Source of the DNA: Hyalangium minutum
GTDB lineage: Bacteria > Myxococcota > Myxococcia > Myxococcales > Myxococcaceae
Direction of reading: 5' to 3'
DNA length: 248,000 bases
Assembly (NCBI RefSeq): GCF_000737315.1
Contig: NZ_JMCB01000003.1
Coordinates: 20,001-268,000 of the forward strand
Part shown: piece by piece, positions 201,701 through 216,700 of the stretch
How the letters are laid out: each line of letters begins with the position of its first letter
Numbering within the stretch: the first letter of the stretch is position 1
Notes under the pieces: model-generated
Seen by the model: only the letters and a program-made list of their open reading frames with translations
Database searches by the model: none
What the model was told of the DNA's origin: nothing
Program-made: the position numbers and the translations under genes

Positions 201701-204700
201701 ACTCTGCGGGCCATACGCGGCAGACCCGGCTGCTCATCGAGTCCCGGAGGCCCCGGCCTCCCGCGCTGGCGCTGGCCGCGCCTACCCCTGGCGCTACCAT
201801 CGCCGAGGGCAGCATTCAGCTCCTCTTCGACGCCGTGGCCGTGGACGACACCGGGGTCGACCATGTGCAGCTGTTCATCAACGGCCAGCCCGCGCTGATC
201901 CTCACCCGGGGAGAGCCCATTGCGTGGAACCTGGATCCGCAGAGCGGGGCGGTGGTCGTCGCCGATCCCGCGCTCCGGCAGGCCGTGGCCTCCCTGCCCC
202001 CCGAGGACCAGGATCTGCAGCGCCTCCGGCACTACCGGGGTCAGGTGAAGCTGCCGCCCGGGTTCGTGGCGCTGGTGCCCGGGCGCACGGACGCGGCGCT
202101 CCAACTGCGCACCATCGCCGCAGATAAGGAGGGGCACGAGACGGTGCTCGATCAGCCGCTCCGCATCGAGGCGGACGTGGCGACCCCGCTCGTGGAGGTG
202201 CTGCGGCCCGTGCTGGGGCGCAACGTGGTGGAGGGCACCTCCGTGCTCGTGGAGGTGTCCGCCCGCGACAACGTGCTGGTGGATCGGGTGGAGATCCTCG
202301 CGGGGCCTAGCGCCTCCGAGCTGCGCGTGGTGCACACCGCAGGCGGCTTCCCGCCCACGAACGCCGTGCCGGGCTCACCCTTTGATGTGTACGCGCCCCT
202401 GGTGCAGTACGCGTTCACGGTGCCCACGCTGGCGCAGCTCGGCTCCACGGTGCCGGTGCCGTACTTCGTCGCCGCGCGCGCCCGGGACATCAGTGGCAAC
202501 TGGACGGCCCCCGCCGACTTCGTCATCCAGCCCATCGAGATCATCCAGGACCAGCCGCCTGGGGTCTCCATCCTCTCGCCCGCGGATGGCACTCCGGCAG
202601 TCGCCAACAGCACGATCACCGTGTCGGTGATGGCCGAGGATGACGTGGCCGTGGGCAACGTGCGCCTGGAGGTGGATGGCACGCCGCTGCCCGTCACGCT
202701 GCACGCGCCGCCTTTCTCCTTCCATGTGCCGGTCCCGGATCGCGCGGGCGAGCTCCGGCTGCGCGCGGTGGCGGTGGACTCGGGAGGCCATCAGGTGGGC
202801 AGCCAGGTGGTGATCCTGCCGCTGCGCGACGATCTGGCGCCCACTGTCGCCGTGGCGCAGCCTCGTCCGGAGGCTCGGCTCACGGAGGGCCGGGACTTCG
202901 CGCTGGTGGTGGCGGCGCAGGACGACGTGGCCATCCGCAGCGTGGAGGTGCTGGTGGAGGGCGGGCTCGCGGGCCCACTGCGCCTGGTGGCCTCCAACCT
203001 GCCGTACTCCTTCCGCGTTCCGTTGCCTCCGGGCTCGGCGGGGAGGACGCTGCGCATCGTCGCTCGGGCCCGGGACTCGGCCGGACACGAGTCCGTGGCC
203101 CCCGAGGTGACGGCCCTGGCGGTGGCGGACACCTCGCGCCCCACGGTGGCGTGGTTGCGCCCTGCCGCGGGCTCGCAGGCCCTGGAGGGCTCGGTGGTGG
203201 AGCTGGAGGTGGACGCGCGAGACGACGTCGCCGTCAACAGCCTGGAGCTGCGCCTCAATGATCAGCCGCTGGCCATCATGCCCACGCCGCCGTTCCGGAT
203301 GACGTACCACGTCCCGGCGCAGGGGGGAGGGCAGGCGCTGGTGTTCTCCGCCATCGCTCGGGATCCCTCTGGCAACCAGACCGTGGAGACGCGCCGCCTG
203401 GAGATCGCGGAGGACGAGCCTCCGTCCGTCTCGGTGATTGCGCCGACGCGGCTCGTGGTGGGCAACCCCGCGCTGCTGCGCGCCCAGGCCAGCGATGACG
203501 TGGCCGTCACCGAGATTGGCTTCCATGTGGGATCGGATCCGGCGGCCTTGAGCGAGGTGGCCCGGCGCTACCAGTTGCCTTACGAGTTCCGCTACGCGGC
203601 CACCGAGGCCGATGTGGGCAAGGTGCTGACGATCCGGGGCCGAGCCATGGATCTGGCGGGCCATGAAGCGTGGTCCGTCCCCGTGCAGGCGCTGGTGGTG
203701 CCGGACACACCTCCCACCGTGGCGGTTCGGAAGCCCCTGGCGGGCGAGGCGATCTTCGAGGGCCAGCGCCTGCGTCTGGAGGTGGAGGCCACGGACGTGG
203801 AAGGCCCCATCAAGCAGGTGGCCTTCTTCGTGGACGGGCGCAAGGTGCACGTGGCCACCACGCCTGCGGGCATCCCCGGTTCGCCCAACCTCTTTGCCAC
203901 GAGCTACAGCCCACCGGTGGGCAGCGGCAACCGGCTGCTGCGGATCACGGCGGTGGCGGTGGACTCGGCCAACCAGGAGACGGAGTCCGCGCCGGTCGTC
204001 GTGGGCACGGTGCGCGACACGGTGCCGCCGGAGACCCAGCTCGTCGATCCCATGGTGTGGGAGCTCGTCACCGAGGCCGAGCCTGTGGAGTGGACGGCCG
204101 CGGCCCTGGACGAGTCCGCCGTGGTGGGGGTGCGCTTCCTGGTGGATGGGCAGCAGGTGGGGCCACCGTCGACCGTGCCGAGGCCGGGGCCCTCCAACCG
204201 GCCGCTGTATTACGGCACATGGCTGCCTCCCTCGGGTGCCGCGGGACAGACGCGCACGCTCACCGCAGAGGCCACGGATCCGTCCCAGAACGTGGGCCGT
204301 GCCGAGCCTGTCACCGTCGAGCTGGGCATGCGCCCCGAGCCCGCGGTGGAGCTGGTGGTGGAGCCCTACGCGCGGCGGCAGGCCGGGATGGCGGCGGATG
204401 GCGAGGGCCTCGTCATTCATGGGGCTCTGCTGAAGGACGTGCCCCTGCCCCCGCCCAACGACACGGTGAAGCGGGATGAGGGCCGACTGGCACTGGCCCG
204501 GCTGGACCTGAACGGGCTGGCGCCGCTGGGGACTGTGAAGGTGACGGGCTCTCCGGTGAGCCAGACGTTGCTGGGACGGCTGGCGCTCGTGGCGATGGGC
204601 CCCGTCTTCGATCCTGTGGGCAAGAAGACGATCCCCGCGCAGCTGCAGGTGGTGGATCTGTCCAACACCGCCGTGCCCCGGCTGAGGGGAGTGGTGGATC

Positions 204701-207700
204701 TGCCCAGCGACGACGTGCACCAGGTGGTGGCGAGGGACCGGTTGGCCTTCGTGGCCAACGGAACTTCGGGCGTGGCGGTGCTGGAGCTGGGCAATCCGGA
204801 CGCGCCTCAGCGGGCTTTCACCCGTCCCACGGTGGGTCCGGCGCGGGGCGTGGCGGTGACGGACCAGTGGCTGTTGGTGGCCGCAGGCTCCGGAGGCCTG
204901 CGCGTGCTGGACGTGCGCGATCCGTATCTGCGCGAGCTGGGCTTCGTCGCGCTGCCCGGTGAGGCGAACCGGGTAGAAGTCGTGGGCTCGCGCGCATACG
205001 TGGGGTGCTCGAACGCCCAGGCGCCTCTGGCGGTGGTGGATCTCTCCCGTCCCGCGCAGCCCCGGCTGATGTCGCTGCTCTCGCACGCGCCGCGCCGCCC
205101 GGACCTGCTGGCCAGCGAGGTGACGGACGTCGCCGTCTCCGGAGGCGTGGCGCTGGTGACCACCGCGATCACCGATCAGGACGCGGAGCCCGTGAAGGGG
205201 ATCCTCTCCGCCTCGACGGTGAAGGCGGATGGGGCCGCCTCCACTTTCGTCCGGGCGAACCTGCCGGGCGCTCGGGATGTGCTCTTCAGCCAGGGGCGGC
205301 CGGTGGCGCTGCTCGGGGACTCGGCGATGGGGGCCTTCACGCTCCCTCGGCTGGCGGTGACGGACGTGTCCCCTGTGGATGGCACGGGGCAGGTGCCTCC
205401 CACGGCTCAGGTGACGGTGACGTTCTCCCGGCTGTTGCAGGGGGCCTCGGTGACGGAGCAGACAGTGTTGCTCCGAGCCCAGGACGCCGTGCTCGGGCCG
205501 GTGGTGCCCGCCACGGTGACGGTGAATGAGACGCGCATCCTCGTGGCACCTCGGGCGCCGCTGCCCACGAACACGGAGATCTTCCTCACGGTGCTCCCCA
205601 CCGTCACGGGCGAGGGCGGGGTGACGCTGGGCGAGCGCTTCGTCTCGCGCTTCCGCACGAGCCCAGTGGACGGCCTGCCTCCCCAGGTCGCGGATGTGCA
205701 GCCGCCCGCGGGCCCAGTGGACGGCGGTACACGCGTGAGGGTGTGGGGCCTCCACTTCGCTCCTGGCGCCCGAGTGCTCTTCTCCGGCCAGGAGGCCACG
205801 CAGGTGCAGGTGGCCGCGGATGGCCGCAGCCTCGATGCCGTCACGCCTCCCAACCTGGAGGGGGCCGTCGTGGTGACGGTGGTGAACCCCAACGGGCTGG
205901 AGGGCTCGCTGCTCGGCGGCTTCCTCTACCTCCAGATCCTCGACGTGAGCATGGTGGTGCCGGCCACCGGCAGCCTCGCGGGTGGCAATCTCGTGGAGCT
206001 GTCCGGCTCGGGCTTCCAGCGCGGCGCCACCGTGCGCTTCGACGGGGTGCCCGCCACGGACGTGCGCGTGCTCTCGCCGGGCCGCATCTCCCTGCGCACA
206101 CCTCCCGGACACTTCGGCACGGTGGATGTGCGGGTGGACAACCCGGATGGCCGGTACGTGGTGAAGCCGGATGCCTTCCTCTACTCGAACCTCGTCGTCT
206201 CCCGGGTGCTGGGGCGCCACATCCCGGATCCTCAATATGACGGCCCCATCCGCCCGGCGGAGAAGCTGCCACAAGGCGTCCCGCGCGCCGTGGTGATGCA
206301 GGGCGGCCTGGCCTGGTTGCTGAGCGACGGCACGGCCGCCCTCCAAGCCCACTCCCCCGAGGAGCTGCTCCAGGACAGCATCCAGGCGGCGGTGACGCTG
206401 GTGGACGTGAGCGATCCGGACAACGCCGCCGTGCGGAGCGGTGTGTCCATCGCGCCGCCCTACCAGCCGCGCGCGCTCGCGGTACGGGGCACGACGGCCT
206501 ACGTCGCGGCGGATGCCGCGGAACTGCCCTACGTGGATGTGGTGGGGGAGGGTGGGCCCTCGCTGCTGGTGGTGGATGCGTCGGTGCTGCAGGCCCCGAG
206601 GATGGTGACCGCGGTGCCCTTCGAGGGGACCGCTCGCGCGGTGGCGGTGGCGGATGATCTGGCGCTGGTGGCCGCGGGCGCGGGCGGACTGGCTGTCTTC
206701 TCGGTGGCCGATCCGCTGCGGCCGGTGCTCACGGGCTCGATCCAGAGCATGCGGGTGAGGGGCGAGGTTCGCGCGGTGAACGTGGTGGACGTGGCGGCCT
206801 CGGGCCGCTACGCGCTGGTGAGGGCAGGCACGAACGCCGGCACGTTCACGCTGGTGCTGGATCTGGCCACTCCGGGGATCGAGGTGGTGGGCGAGGCGTC
206901 CGATCTCGGGCCGATGGCGCTCCAGGGCCGCCGGGGACTCACGCTCGGCAACGGGCAGATCCGGACGCTCTCGTTCTCGCCGCCCACGTGGCCTCGGAAC
207001 CTCGTGGGCATGTCGTCGCTCGTGGGGGGTACTCCCGTCACCGTGGCGGTAGGCCCCCACGTGGGCGCCGCGGGGACAGAGGTGTCTCGGCCCGGGAACT
207101 CTGGCTCGGGCAAGCTGGAGGTCTCCCTGAGCGCGGACCCCTCGCGTCCGCGAGCGGTCGATGCCGTGGATCTCTACCCCGCGGCCCGCTTTGGAGGGGT
207201 CGCCGTGGAGCGGGATGTCGCGGTGATCTCCATCTCCGCCTTGCTGACCAAGAAGGGCGAGGTCGTGGCGGATCCCACGCTGGCCCTGGGCTCGGATGGT
207301 TTGGCGGTGGTGCGGATGCCCTTCCTCATGGGGATGCGCAGCCAGCCCGCGGATGGGGACACCGAGGTGCCGCCCTCCACGCCGCTGCGGCTCGAGTTCA
207401 ACCGCGAGGTGGCCGGAGCCTCGCCGCAGACGGTGCGCCTCATTCGCCAGGATGGCTCGGTCAACGGCGTGGTGGAGCCCGCGGAGATCCAGACCTTGGG
207501 GCGCACGGTGCTGCTGCTGCCCGCCCAGCCGCTCGCGCCCTCGACGACCTACCGAGTGGTGGCCGATCAGCTGACGGATGCGCTCACGCGGGCGGAGATG
207601 GCCGGGCCCTTCTACCTGGAGTTCTCCACCGCCAGCAGCAGCGCGGCCATGCCCGTGTCCATCTCAGGGCTCACGCCGCGCGAGGGCCCCGCGGCCGGGG

Positions 207701-210700
207701 GTACGCTGGTGACGGTGACGGGCACGGGCTTCGAGCCGGGGGCCACGGTGCGCTTCGGCGGCGTGCCGGCCACGCAGGTGACGGTGTCCGAGGACGGGAC
207801 GCAGCTCACGGCTCGCACGGCCGCCAACACCGCCGGAGCCGCGACGCTGGAGGTGACCAATCCCTCGGGCAGTGTGGCGCGGCGCCTCGGCGCCTTCCTC
207901 TTTACGCAGCCGCTGTCCGTGCTGGCGGCAGCTCCGGGGCGCGGCCCCGCCTCGGGGGGCACGCGCGTCATCTTGTCGGGCACGGGGTTCTCTTCGACGG
208001 GAACGGTCCAGGTCCGCTTCGGAGGTGTCCCGGCGCTGCGCACGCGCGTGCTCGGGCTGAACCGGCTCGAGGTGTACACGCCGCGCGGCCTGCGCGGCAC
208101 GGTCGACATCCAGGTCACCAACCCGGACGGCAGTCAGGCCACGCTGGAGGACGGCTTCATCTTCGATCAGCCGGGTGGGGCCTCGGTGGCGCTGTCGGAT
208201 CGGCCGGTGGATGTGGTGGTGATCGGCGACTCCGCGCTCGTGCTCCAACGCGGTGGGTTGTCGGTGGTGGATCTCTCCGGGCTGTACCTCAAGGGGCCCC
208301 TCAAGGACACGCCCATCCCTCCGGATCTGGTGGATGGTCTCGTGGACGTGGATAACGATCGCAAGGACGATCGGCTCGTCTCGTTCCTCCCGATCCCGGA
208401 TGCGCTCTCCCTGGCCTATCCGTCCACCTGGGGGCACCGCCTCTTCGTGGGAACAGGAGGCTGGGATTCCAAGCTGCAGCAGTGGACGGCGGGCGAGGTG
208501 CTCGAGGTGGCCATCGCGGATCTGGCCCACCCGGCGATCTCGGCCAGGACGGCGGCCGTGGAGGGGCCTGTCTTCGGCCTGGATGTGAAGGACGAGCGGT
208601 TGCTGGCCGCCACGGGACAGAAGGGACTCAGCAGCTTCGATCGCTCATATGCGCCGTTCCTCGTTGGCCAGCTGCCGATGCAGGGCGCGGCCCAGTCCGT
208701 GGCGGGAAGCGCGGGCATGGCGGTGGTGGGCGTGGGGCAGCGAGACGCCACCTCCTTTGCCGTGTCGGCCGGGGCACTGCGGATCGTCTCCACCGAGGCC
208801 TCGCCTTCGCTCCGGGGCGCGCTGCCGCTCAACATTCAGCGGGCGAGGTGGAAGGGCGACGTGGCCGTCGTGGCTGCTGGCGATGCGGGGCTCGTGCTGG
208901 TGAGCGCCGCGAATCCGGATCAGCCCCAGGTGCTGGCCTCGGTGCTGGTGGGCGGCTTCGCGTGGGATGTGCGGCTGCAGGGCAACCTGGCCTATGTGGC
209001 GGCGGGGACGGCGGGCGTGGCGGTGGTGGATCTGACGGATCTGCTCCACCCGCGCGTGCTGTACCACGTGACGGGCGCCCGGGGCGGCACGGCGAAGCTC
209101 GTGGAGATGACCGCGGGCGGCCGCCTCGTGAGCATGAGGGATCGCGGTACCCAGGGCTGGTCCGTGGACTTCGGACGCCCCTCGGAGCTGGCGGTGGTCT
209201 CCGCGAGCGTGGCGCCGGACGAGGTGGTGCCGCTCTCGCTGCCCTCGGTGACGGTGACGCTGTCCGCGGGCCTGTTGCACACGTCGGCGCCGGAGGCCTT
209301 CTCATTCACGGCGAATGGCGCTCCGGTGCCTGGGACGCTGGAGGCTGGGACGCCGGAGCTGCCGGTGAGCACGCTGGTGTTCCGGCCTTCGGAGCCGCTG
209401 CCCTCGGGCGCCGAGCTGCGGCTGGCGCTGGGCACCTCGCTGCGCTCCCTGCTGGGGGATGCGCTGATAGCGCCCTTCGAGGTGCGCTTCTTCGCCGCGG
209501 GAGGCACGGGCGAGCGTCCGCAGCTCCTCCAGGTGGTGCCGCGCGTGGGGCCCTCCGAGGGAGGCACGGAGATCGAGCTGCTGGGCACGGGCTTCGTCCC
209601 AGGCACCACGGTCCGCATCGGTGCCGCGCCCGCGCTCGTGCTGTCGCTGTCCTCCACGCGGATGACGGTCCGCGTGCCTCCCGGAGAGCCTGGGCTGGCG
209701 GACGTGGTGGTGGTGCACCCCTCGGGCGTCACCGCGAGGCGCTCGGGCGGCTACTTCTATTCCGCGCCGCTGTTCGCGAGCGCGTCGATCCCGCGCTTCC
209801 TCAACCCGAAGGGCGGAAGCACCGTGCGAGTGACGGGGCGCGGCTTCCTGCCCACCTGGTCCAGCCCGTTGGGCTCCACGCGCGTGCTGATTCGCGGGCT
209901 GCCCGCGCGCAGCGTCTCCGTGGAGTCCACCACCCAGCTCGTCGCGGTGGCCGGGCCCGGCTCCTTTGGCGACGCGGACGTGGAGCTGGTGGCGGCGGAC
210001 GGCCTGCAGCGCGCGAGCTCGCCCTCTCCCGTGGGGTATGGGCTCCCATTCTCGGGGAAGGTGGTGGGTGCCTCGGTGAGGCCCGTGGCGCTGGCGGGCA
210101 ACCCCGCGCTGCCGCTGCTGCCGTTCGCGGCGGCGGGCGCTTCGGTGGAAGGCAACACCTTCCCTCAGCCCTATACCGGTCCCATGACGGGCGGCGGCCT
210201 GGTGCCCGAGTCCTTCCGCATGGTGGCCTATGACGTGACTCGCGTGGGCCGGCCCGAGCTGGCGGGCGCCTCGGTGGTGGATCCGCCGGATCACGACGTG
210301 GACTACCTGATCGGCAGCCTGCCGTATCTGGCCCAGCGGGAGCTGCCCCTGCCAGAAGTGGAGCTGATGCCGGACTCCTTCGACGTGGCGCTGCGCGGCA
210401 CCCAGCTCCTGGTGGCCAACGGCGCCAGCGGCCTCGCGGTGATTGACGCGTCCGGGACGACCCTGGAGCAGTGGCCGCTGCTGGGGCGCGGAGGCATTGG
210501 CAGCGTGCTCGGCCAGGAGTACGCCACGCGCCTGCTGGCGACTCCGACGGGAGCCTGGGTGTTCAGCAATCCCCTCGAGGACAACCTCCTGCCCGAGGAG
210601 ATCCCCTGTAAGTCCCCCACGGACGAGCACTACCCCGCCGCGGGCAGTGGTGGCCAGCTGCAGCTCTTCGATACCCGCAGTCCGTCGGATCCGGTCCTCC

Positions 210701-213700
210701 TGGGGAGCATCGGCTCGGGGAGCGCGCAGGAGCCGTACGGCGCCACGGTGGCGGGAGGACGGCTGCTGGTGGCCATGGGCAACCACGCGGGCGTCATCTA
210801 CTGCACCGAGACGCCGTTCCCTCCGCCGCCCTGGGCCTCGCTGACCACGGGCCGCCGCACGCGGTTCCTCGGGCTCGATCCGAGCGACGACTACCGGTCC
210901 GAGGACGCGCCGATCATCATGATGAAGACCCCGCACGGGGCCTTGGAACTCTATGACTCGGCGGGAGTGGGCGCGCAGCGGCTCGCTCGGAGGCCGTACC
211001 CCTACAGCCTCACGGACGTGGTGGTGGTGCGGGACGTGGCCATCGCCTCGGCGGCCGAGTTCGGACTGATCTTCTTCGACGTGCGGCCGGACAACCCGCA
211101 GGCGCCGCAGGAACTGCTGCGGCTGCCCTTCGATCAATCGCTCTCCAACACCCCCGGCCACCCCGAGCGCCTGCGGCTGATTGGGGATCTGCTCTTCGTG
211201 GCCGCCTCCTCGGGGAGCGTGTACGTGCTGGACGTGTCGGATCCGCGCCACCCGGAGTTCCTCAGCGGAGGCAACACGGAGTTCGCGTACGACGTGCTGC
211301 CCGTGGGGGATCGGCTGATGCTGGCGAGCCGCCAGGAGCTCACCGAGCTGTCCATGCCCTTCCTCCTGCCCCTGTCGACGACGCCGGAGCGGGATGCGCT
211401 GGTGCCGCCGTCCCTGAGCCAGCTCGAGGTCCGCTTCAACCGGCCGCTGGCGCCGGCCACCGTCAACGACATCAGCGTGCAGCTGATCGGGCCCTCGGGT
211501 CCGGTCCCGCTGGAGCTGTCCGTGGTGGCGGAGCACGCGACGCTCACCTACGCCGTGCGCGCCCAGCTCCCGGAAGAGGGGCTGGAGCCTGGCGCCACCT
211601 ATGAGGTGCGGATCGCGTCCACGGTTGCGGACCAGCGGGGCGGAGGGATGATCCGGCCCTTCCGCACCGCCTTCCGCACGGGCGCCGCGGGCAGCCACGC
211701 GCCTCGGATCGATGCGGTGCAGCCCTCGGCGGTCTCCATGGCGGGAGGGCAGCAGGTGGTGATCCAGGGCTCGGGCCTGAGCGGCGTGGCGTCGGTGCGG
211801 ATCGGTGGAGCCACCGCCAGCTTCACGGCAGCGGGGGATACGGAGCTGCACGTCACCGTGCCTCCGTCCACGCGCCCTGGGCCAGCGGACGTGCGTATAG
211901 AGGATGCGGGGGGCCCCTGGTCCCTGTTGCCGCACGGCGTCCTGTACCTGTCGCCGCTCGCGAGCGCTCACGCCTCGCTGGTGCCCGACCACGGGCCCGT
212001 GGAGGGCGGTACCGAGGTGAAGGTGTCGTTCAGCGGGGCCTCTCCGGTGGCTCCGGGCACTCGCGTCTTCATTGGAGATCGCGAGGGCGTGAACGTGGAC
212101 GTGGTGAGCCTGTCCACCCTGCGCTTCACCACGCCGCGTCCAGATGGGCCCGGCCTGGTGCCCGTGAAGCTGGAGCGTCCGGGCGAGGTGTCGGAGACGG
212201 TGGGGTACTTCTCCTATGATCTGCCCACGGGCACCACGGTGGATCTGCCCGGCTTCCCGCCGCGCGAGACGTCCGAGGTGGTGCTCTCGGGGGATCTGCT
212301 GTTCGCGGGAGTGCCCACCGCCGGGTACGAGGGGCTCGAGCTCTTCAACATCCGCGTGCCCGAGCACCCGGTCCGTCTGGGAGGCCTGCGCACGGAGGGC
212401 GCGGTGCGAGGCCTGGACGCGCGAGGAGCGCTGGCCCTGCTGGCCACGGATGCGTTCGGCCTGGTGGCGGTGGATGTGCAGGATACCGCCCGGCCCTTCA
212501 CCGTCGGCCGGGGCGCCACTGCGGGGCTCGCCACGGGGATCCGGCTGGAGGGCAACGTGGCCCACGTCTCGGTGACCCAGATGGATGGGGGCGCCGGGTA
212601 TGTGCAGACGTTCGATGTCTCGCAGCCCTCGCTGCCGCTGCTGAGCACCACTCCGCTCACGGAAGATGCGCTGGCGCTGGATCACGCTCCGGGGCGCTTC
212701 TACGCGCTGACCTCCAATGTGCGCACCGGGCAGCCGGATGGGCTGCGCCTCACGGTCTACACCCGCCAGGGCCAGCGCCTGGGCGGCGTGGTGGTGGATG
212801 CCACGCCGCGCTCCTACGCGGAGCTGGTGCGCAGCCGGCTCACTGTGCGCGGAGGCCGGGCCTACGTCACCCTGGGCTCTCGGCTTTACGTCTTCGACAT
212901 GAGCGACGAGACCGCGCCGCAGGTGCTCCAGTCCACGGAACTGGGCGCTCCGGCGCGCGGGCTCACCTGGGCGGGCGGCTCGCTGCTGGTCTCCACCACG
213001 GGGAGCTCCACGCTGGTGACGGTGCCACCGACGGATCTGCTGGTCGTGGGCACCTCGCCCGTGAATGGCGCGCTGGCTTCTCCGCTCACCTCCATCCGCG
213101 TGGACATGAGCCTGCCCGTGCGCGAGGACACGGTGACGGCGGGGACCTTCGAGGTGGTGCAGGTGGGCTCGGCAGGCCCCGTGCCCGTGCCCGGCCATCG
213201 GGAAGTGGTGTTCGCCACGCGGGGCTCCTCGCTCGTCTTCACGCCGGAGGACCCGCTCGAGCCCGGCGCTCAGATTGAGGTGAAGGTGGAGGGGGTGCTG
213301 GGCTTTGACACCCGGCCGCTGGCGCACCCTGCGTCCTTCGCTTTCACGGTGGCGGGGGAAGATGCGCTGCAGCCCTGGGTGGAGCGGCTCGAACCCGCCT
213401 CGGGGCTCTTCACGGACTTCACCGCCACCACGGTGCGGGGCGCGGGCTTCCGCCAGGGCGTCACCGTGCGGATCGCCGGGCAGAACGCCACGGTGGTCTC
213501 CGTGCAGGAGGATCAGCTGGGGATCGTCGTCCCGCCGTCGCTCACGTCGGCAGGGCCGGCCTCGGTGGAGGTCATCGATCCGAGCGGCCTGTCCGCGGTG
213601 CGCCTGGGCGGCTTCCTCTACCGCGAGCCGCTGCGGCTGGCGCTGCTCTCGCCGGATCGCGCGCCGCAGCAGGGCGGAGTGGCCGTGGAGCTGCGAGGCA

Positions 213701-216700
213701 CGGGCTTCATGCCCGGCCTGGTGGTGCGCTTTGGTGGCACCGGCTCCTTCCAGGTGGACGTGCCGTCCATGGAGCGGGCGGTGGCCGTGGCGCCTCCGCA
213801 CGCGCAGGGGTTGGTGGATGTGGAGGCGGTGCTGGGCAGCCAGAGCGCCGTCAAGGCGCGCTCCTTTCTCTATGGCACGGGCGCGGTGTCTCGCCTGCCC
213901 ACGCCCCCGGTGCGGGACGTGCGGGTGGAGGGCACGGTGGCCTATGTGGCGCTGGGCGGCGAGACGGAGATCGTCGGGCTCGACGCCGAGGGCCACCTCA
214001 TCACCCTCGAGCAGCGGCGGAAGACGGACTCCGGTGGGCTCATGGTGGCCGATCTCAGCGAGCCCACGGTGGCGCGCGAGATCCGGCGAGTGAACGTGTC
214101 CGCGCAGGGGGGCGTGCGCCGCATGGCCAGGGCGGGCAACACCCTGTACCTGGCGGCGGGCTCCGCGGGGGTGGTGGCCGTGGACGTGAGCCAGCCCGCC
214201 AACGCGTCGGAGACCCTGAGGCTGTCCGTCCAGGGCGAGGCCGTGGACGTGGTGACGGCCGGCAGCCTGATCTTCGTGGCGGATGGGAGCGGCGTGCGGG
214301 TGTTCCGCACGGGTGAGACGGAGCAGCCCATGCTGGTGGCCCAGCGAGCGCTGCCGGGGGGCGCGAGCGCGCTGGCGTTGTATGGCGGGCTGTTGCTGGT
214401 CTCGAACGCGAGCGCAACGGACGCACGGCTCTATGTGCTGGACGCGCGGCGCGGGGATCTGGCTCCGCTGGCCCAGGAGGCGCATCTGCCGCTGTCGGCT
214501 CCGGCGCGGCACATCGCGGTCGAGGGCACGCGGGCCTTTGTCTCGCTGGGGCGCGCGGGGCAGGTGGCCATCGTCGAGCTGGCCGATCCCACGGCGCCCG
214601 CTCCCGCGGGCACGCTGGTGCTGAAGGACGAGCTGCACCAGGGGTGGACCTCCGCCGAGCAGACGCTGGTGGCCGGAGACGTGGTCTGGGTGGCGGGCGG
214701 AGGCGGCAAGGTGCAGCGCTTCGCGGCGCTGGTGGGGCAGCAGCCCCAGTGGCTGGAGACGGCTTCCGTGCTCGGAGACGCGAAGGCGCTGGCGCGCTCG
214801 GGCCGCTACCTCATGGCGGGCACGCTGCTGCTGGACGTGAACGGACGCCCGGTGGAGATGCCGCTGGCGGACACCCGGGATGCGGCGGGGACCCTGACGG
214901 GCGGGCTCGTCTCTGTGGCGCTGGATCACCTGGAGCTGAGGGGGACGGTGCCGGTGGCGGGCGCGGTGGTGCAGGTGGGCGTGGTGCCCGAGGTTCTGCT
215001 CTCCGCGCTGCCGGACATGGCCACGGCGGGGGCAGTGCGGCTGGAGGGCACGGATGGCGTCGAGGTGCGCGTGGCGCGCCAGGGCCGGGCGGACACGGAG
215101 GGAGGGCGGCTCGCGCTGATCCCGCAGTCGCCGCTGGCGGTGGGGACGGACTACGTGCTGCGCGTGGGCGGCACACTGGCGGATCTCGCGGGCCGGCCGC
215201 TCGGAACGGACGTGGGCGTGCGCTTCCGCACCGGCCCGATCGCATCTCCCGAGCAGCCGGTGATCACGGCGATGTCGCCTGTCACGGGCCTGGAGGCGGG
215301 CGGGGACACGGCCGTCCTCACGGGAGAGGGCTTCATGCCCGGCTGCCAGGTGTGGGTGGGGGACACGCTGGCCTCGGGGGTGACGGTGTCCTCGGATGGG
215401 GGCCGGATCACGCTCATCGTCCCGCCGGGGCCTGCGGGCGCGGCGGCGGTGCGGGTGCGCAACCCCAATGGACTCGAGGCGCTGCAGCTGGGGCTGTACC
215501 GCTACCTCGTGGCCCCCGAGCTGACGCAGGTGTCGCCGGCCCAGGCGCCCTTCAACAGCCGGCAGCGGGTGGTGCTGACGGGCAAGGGCTTCGCGGCGAC
215601 CACGCAGGTGACGTTCGGCGGCAGGCCAGCGCTGCACCCGGTGATGGACTCGCAGGGCCGGATCTCGGTGGAGGTGCCGGACGATGTGACGGGCGTGGTG
215701 GAGGTGGCGGTGGCCACGCCGATGCCGGGAGGGGCGCTGGTCGCCCGGAGGCCGGACGGCTTCACCTATACGCTCAAGCCGCTGGGGGGCGTGGGCGGCA
215801 ACACGGAGGCCCTGGCGGTGGCGGGGCGGGTGCTGCTGGCCGCGCGGGCGGGACGGCTCGTGGCGTTCGATCTCACGCGCCCCGGCGATCTGCCGGAGGT
215901 AGCCAATGTCCCCGGTGTGACGAGTGCGGGGGGCCTGGTGGTCTCGGGTGACGAAGCTTGGCTCGCGGGCCAGGGCGAGGTCGTGCGGTATGCCCTGGAG
216001 GGCTGCGGCGCGGGCCTCCCGGTGAGCTGCCCGCTCCAGGTGGTGGAGCGCATTCCGCTGGTGGCCTCGGGCGTGGCCAGCGTGGCGGCGGGGCAGGGGA
216101 GTGCATACGTGACGGTGGCGGGCGGCAGCGACGTGGTGCTGCTGGGCCGGGTGGACGGGGCCACGCGCGTGGTGGCCCAGGTGAACGTGGGGCCGGGCGT
216201 GGTGCGAGGCGTGGCCATGGCAGGCCCGGTGCTCGCGGTGCTGGTGCAGGGCTCGCAGTCGAGCCGGCTGGAGCTGCGCGACGTGGCGGATGGGTCGCTC
216301 ACGCTGGTGGGTGAGGTGCCCGGGTTGTACTGGACCGTGAACCGGCTGGCCGCGGAGGGCACGCGCGTGGCGGTGGCCTCTGGAGCGGGCGTGCGCCTCT
216401 ATGAGACGGCCGAGCCGGCCGTGCCCGTCGAGCTGGGCCGGTTTGAAGGCCAGGGCAGCGCGTACACCGTGGCGCTGTCGGGCCCGTGGGCGCTGGCCTC
216501 GGGAGACTTCGGGCTGGCGTGGCTGGACACGACGCAGGGGCTGAAGCGGCGCACCTCGGGCTCGACATATGGGTGGGCCGGGAACGTGGCCGTGGGGGCA
216601 GGGGTGGCGGTGGCGGCCTCGGCCTATGAGCTGAGAGCCTTCGAGCTGCCGTACCCCACGGTCACCGGCCAGGAGCCTTCGCCGGGAGGCGCACTGCCCA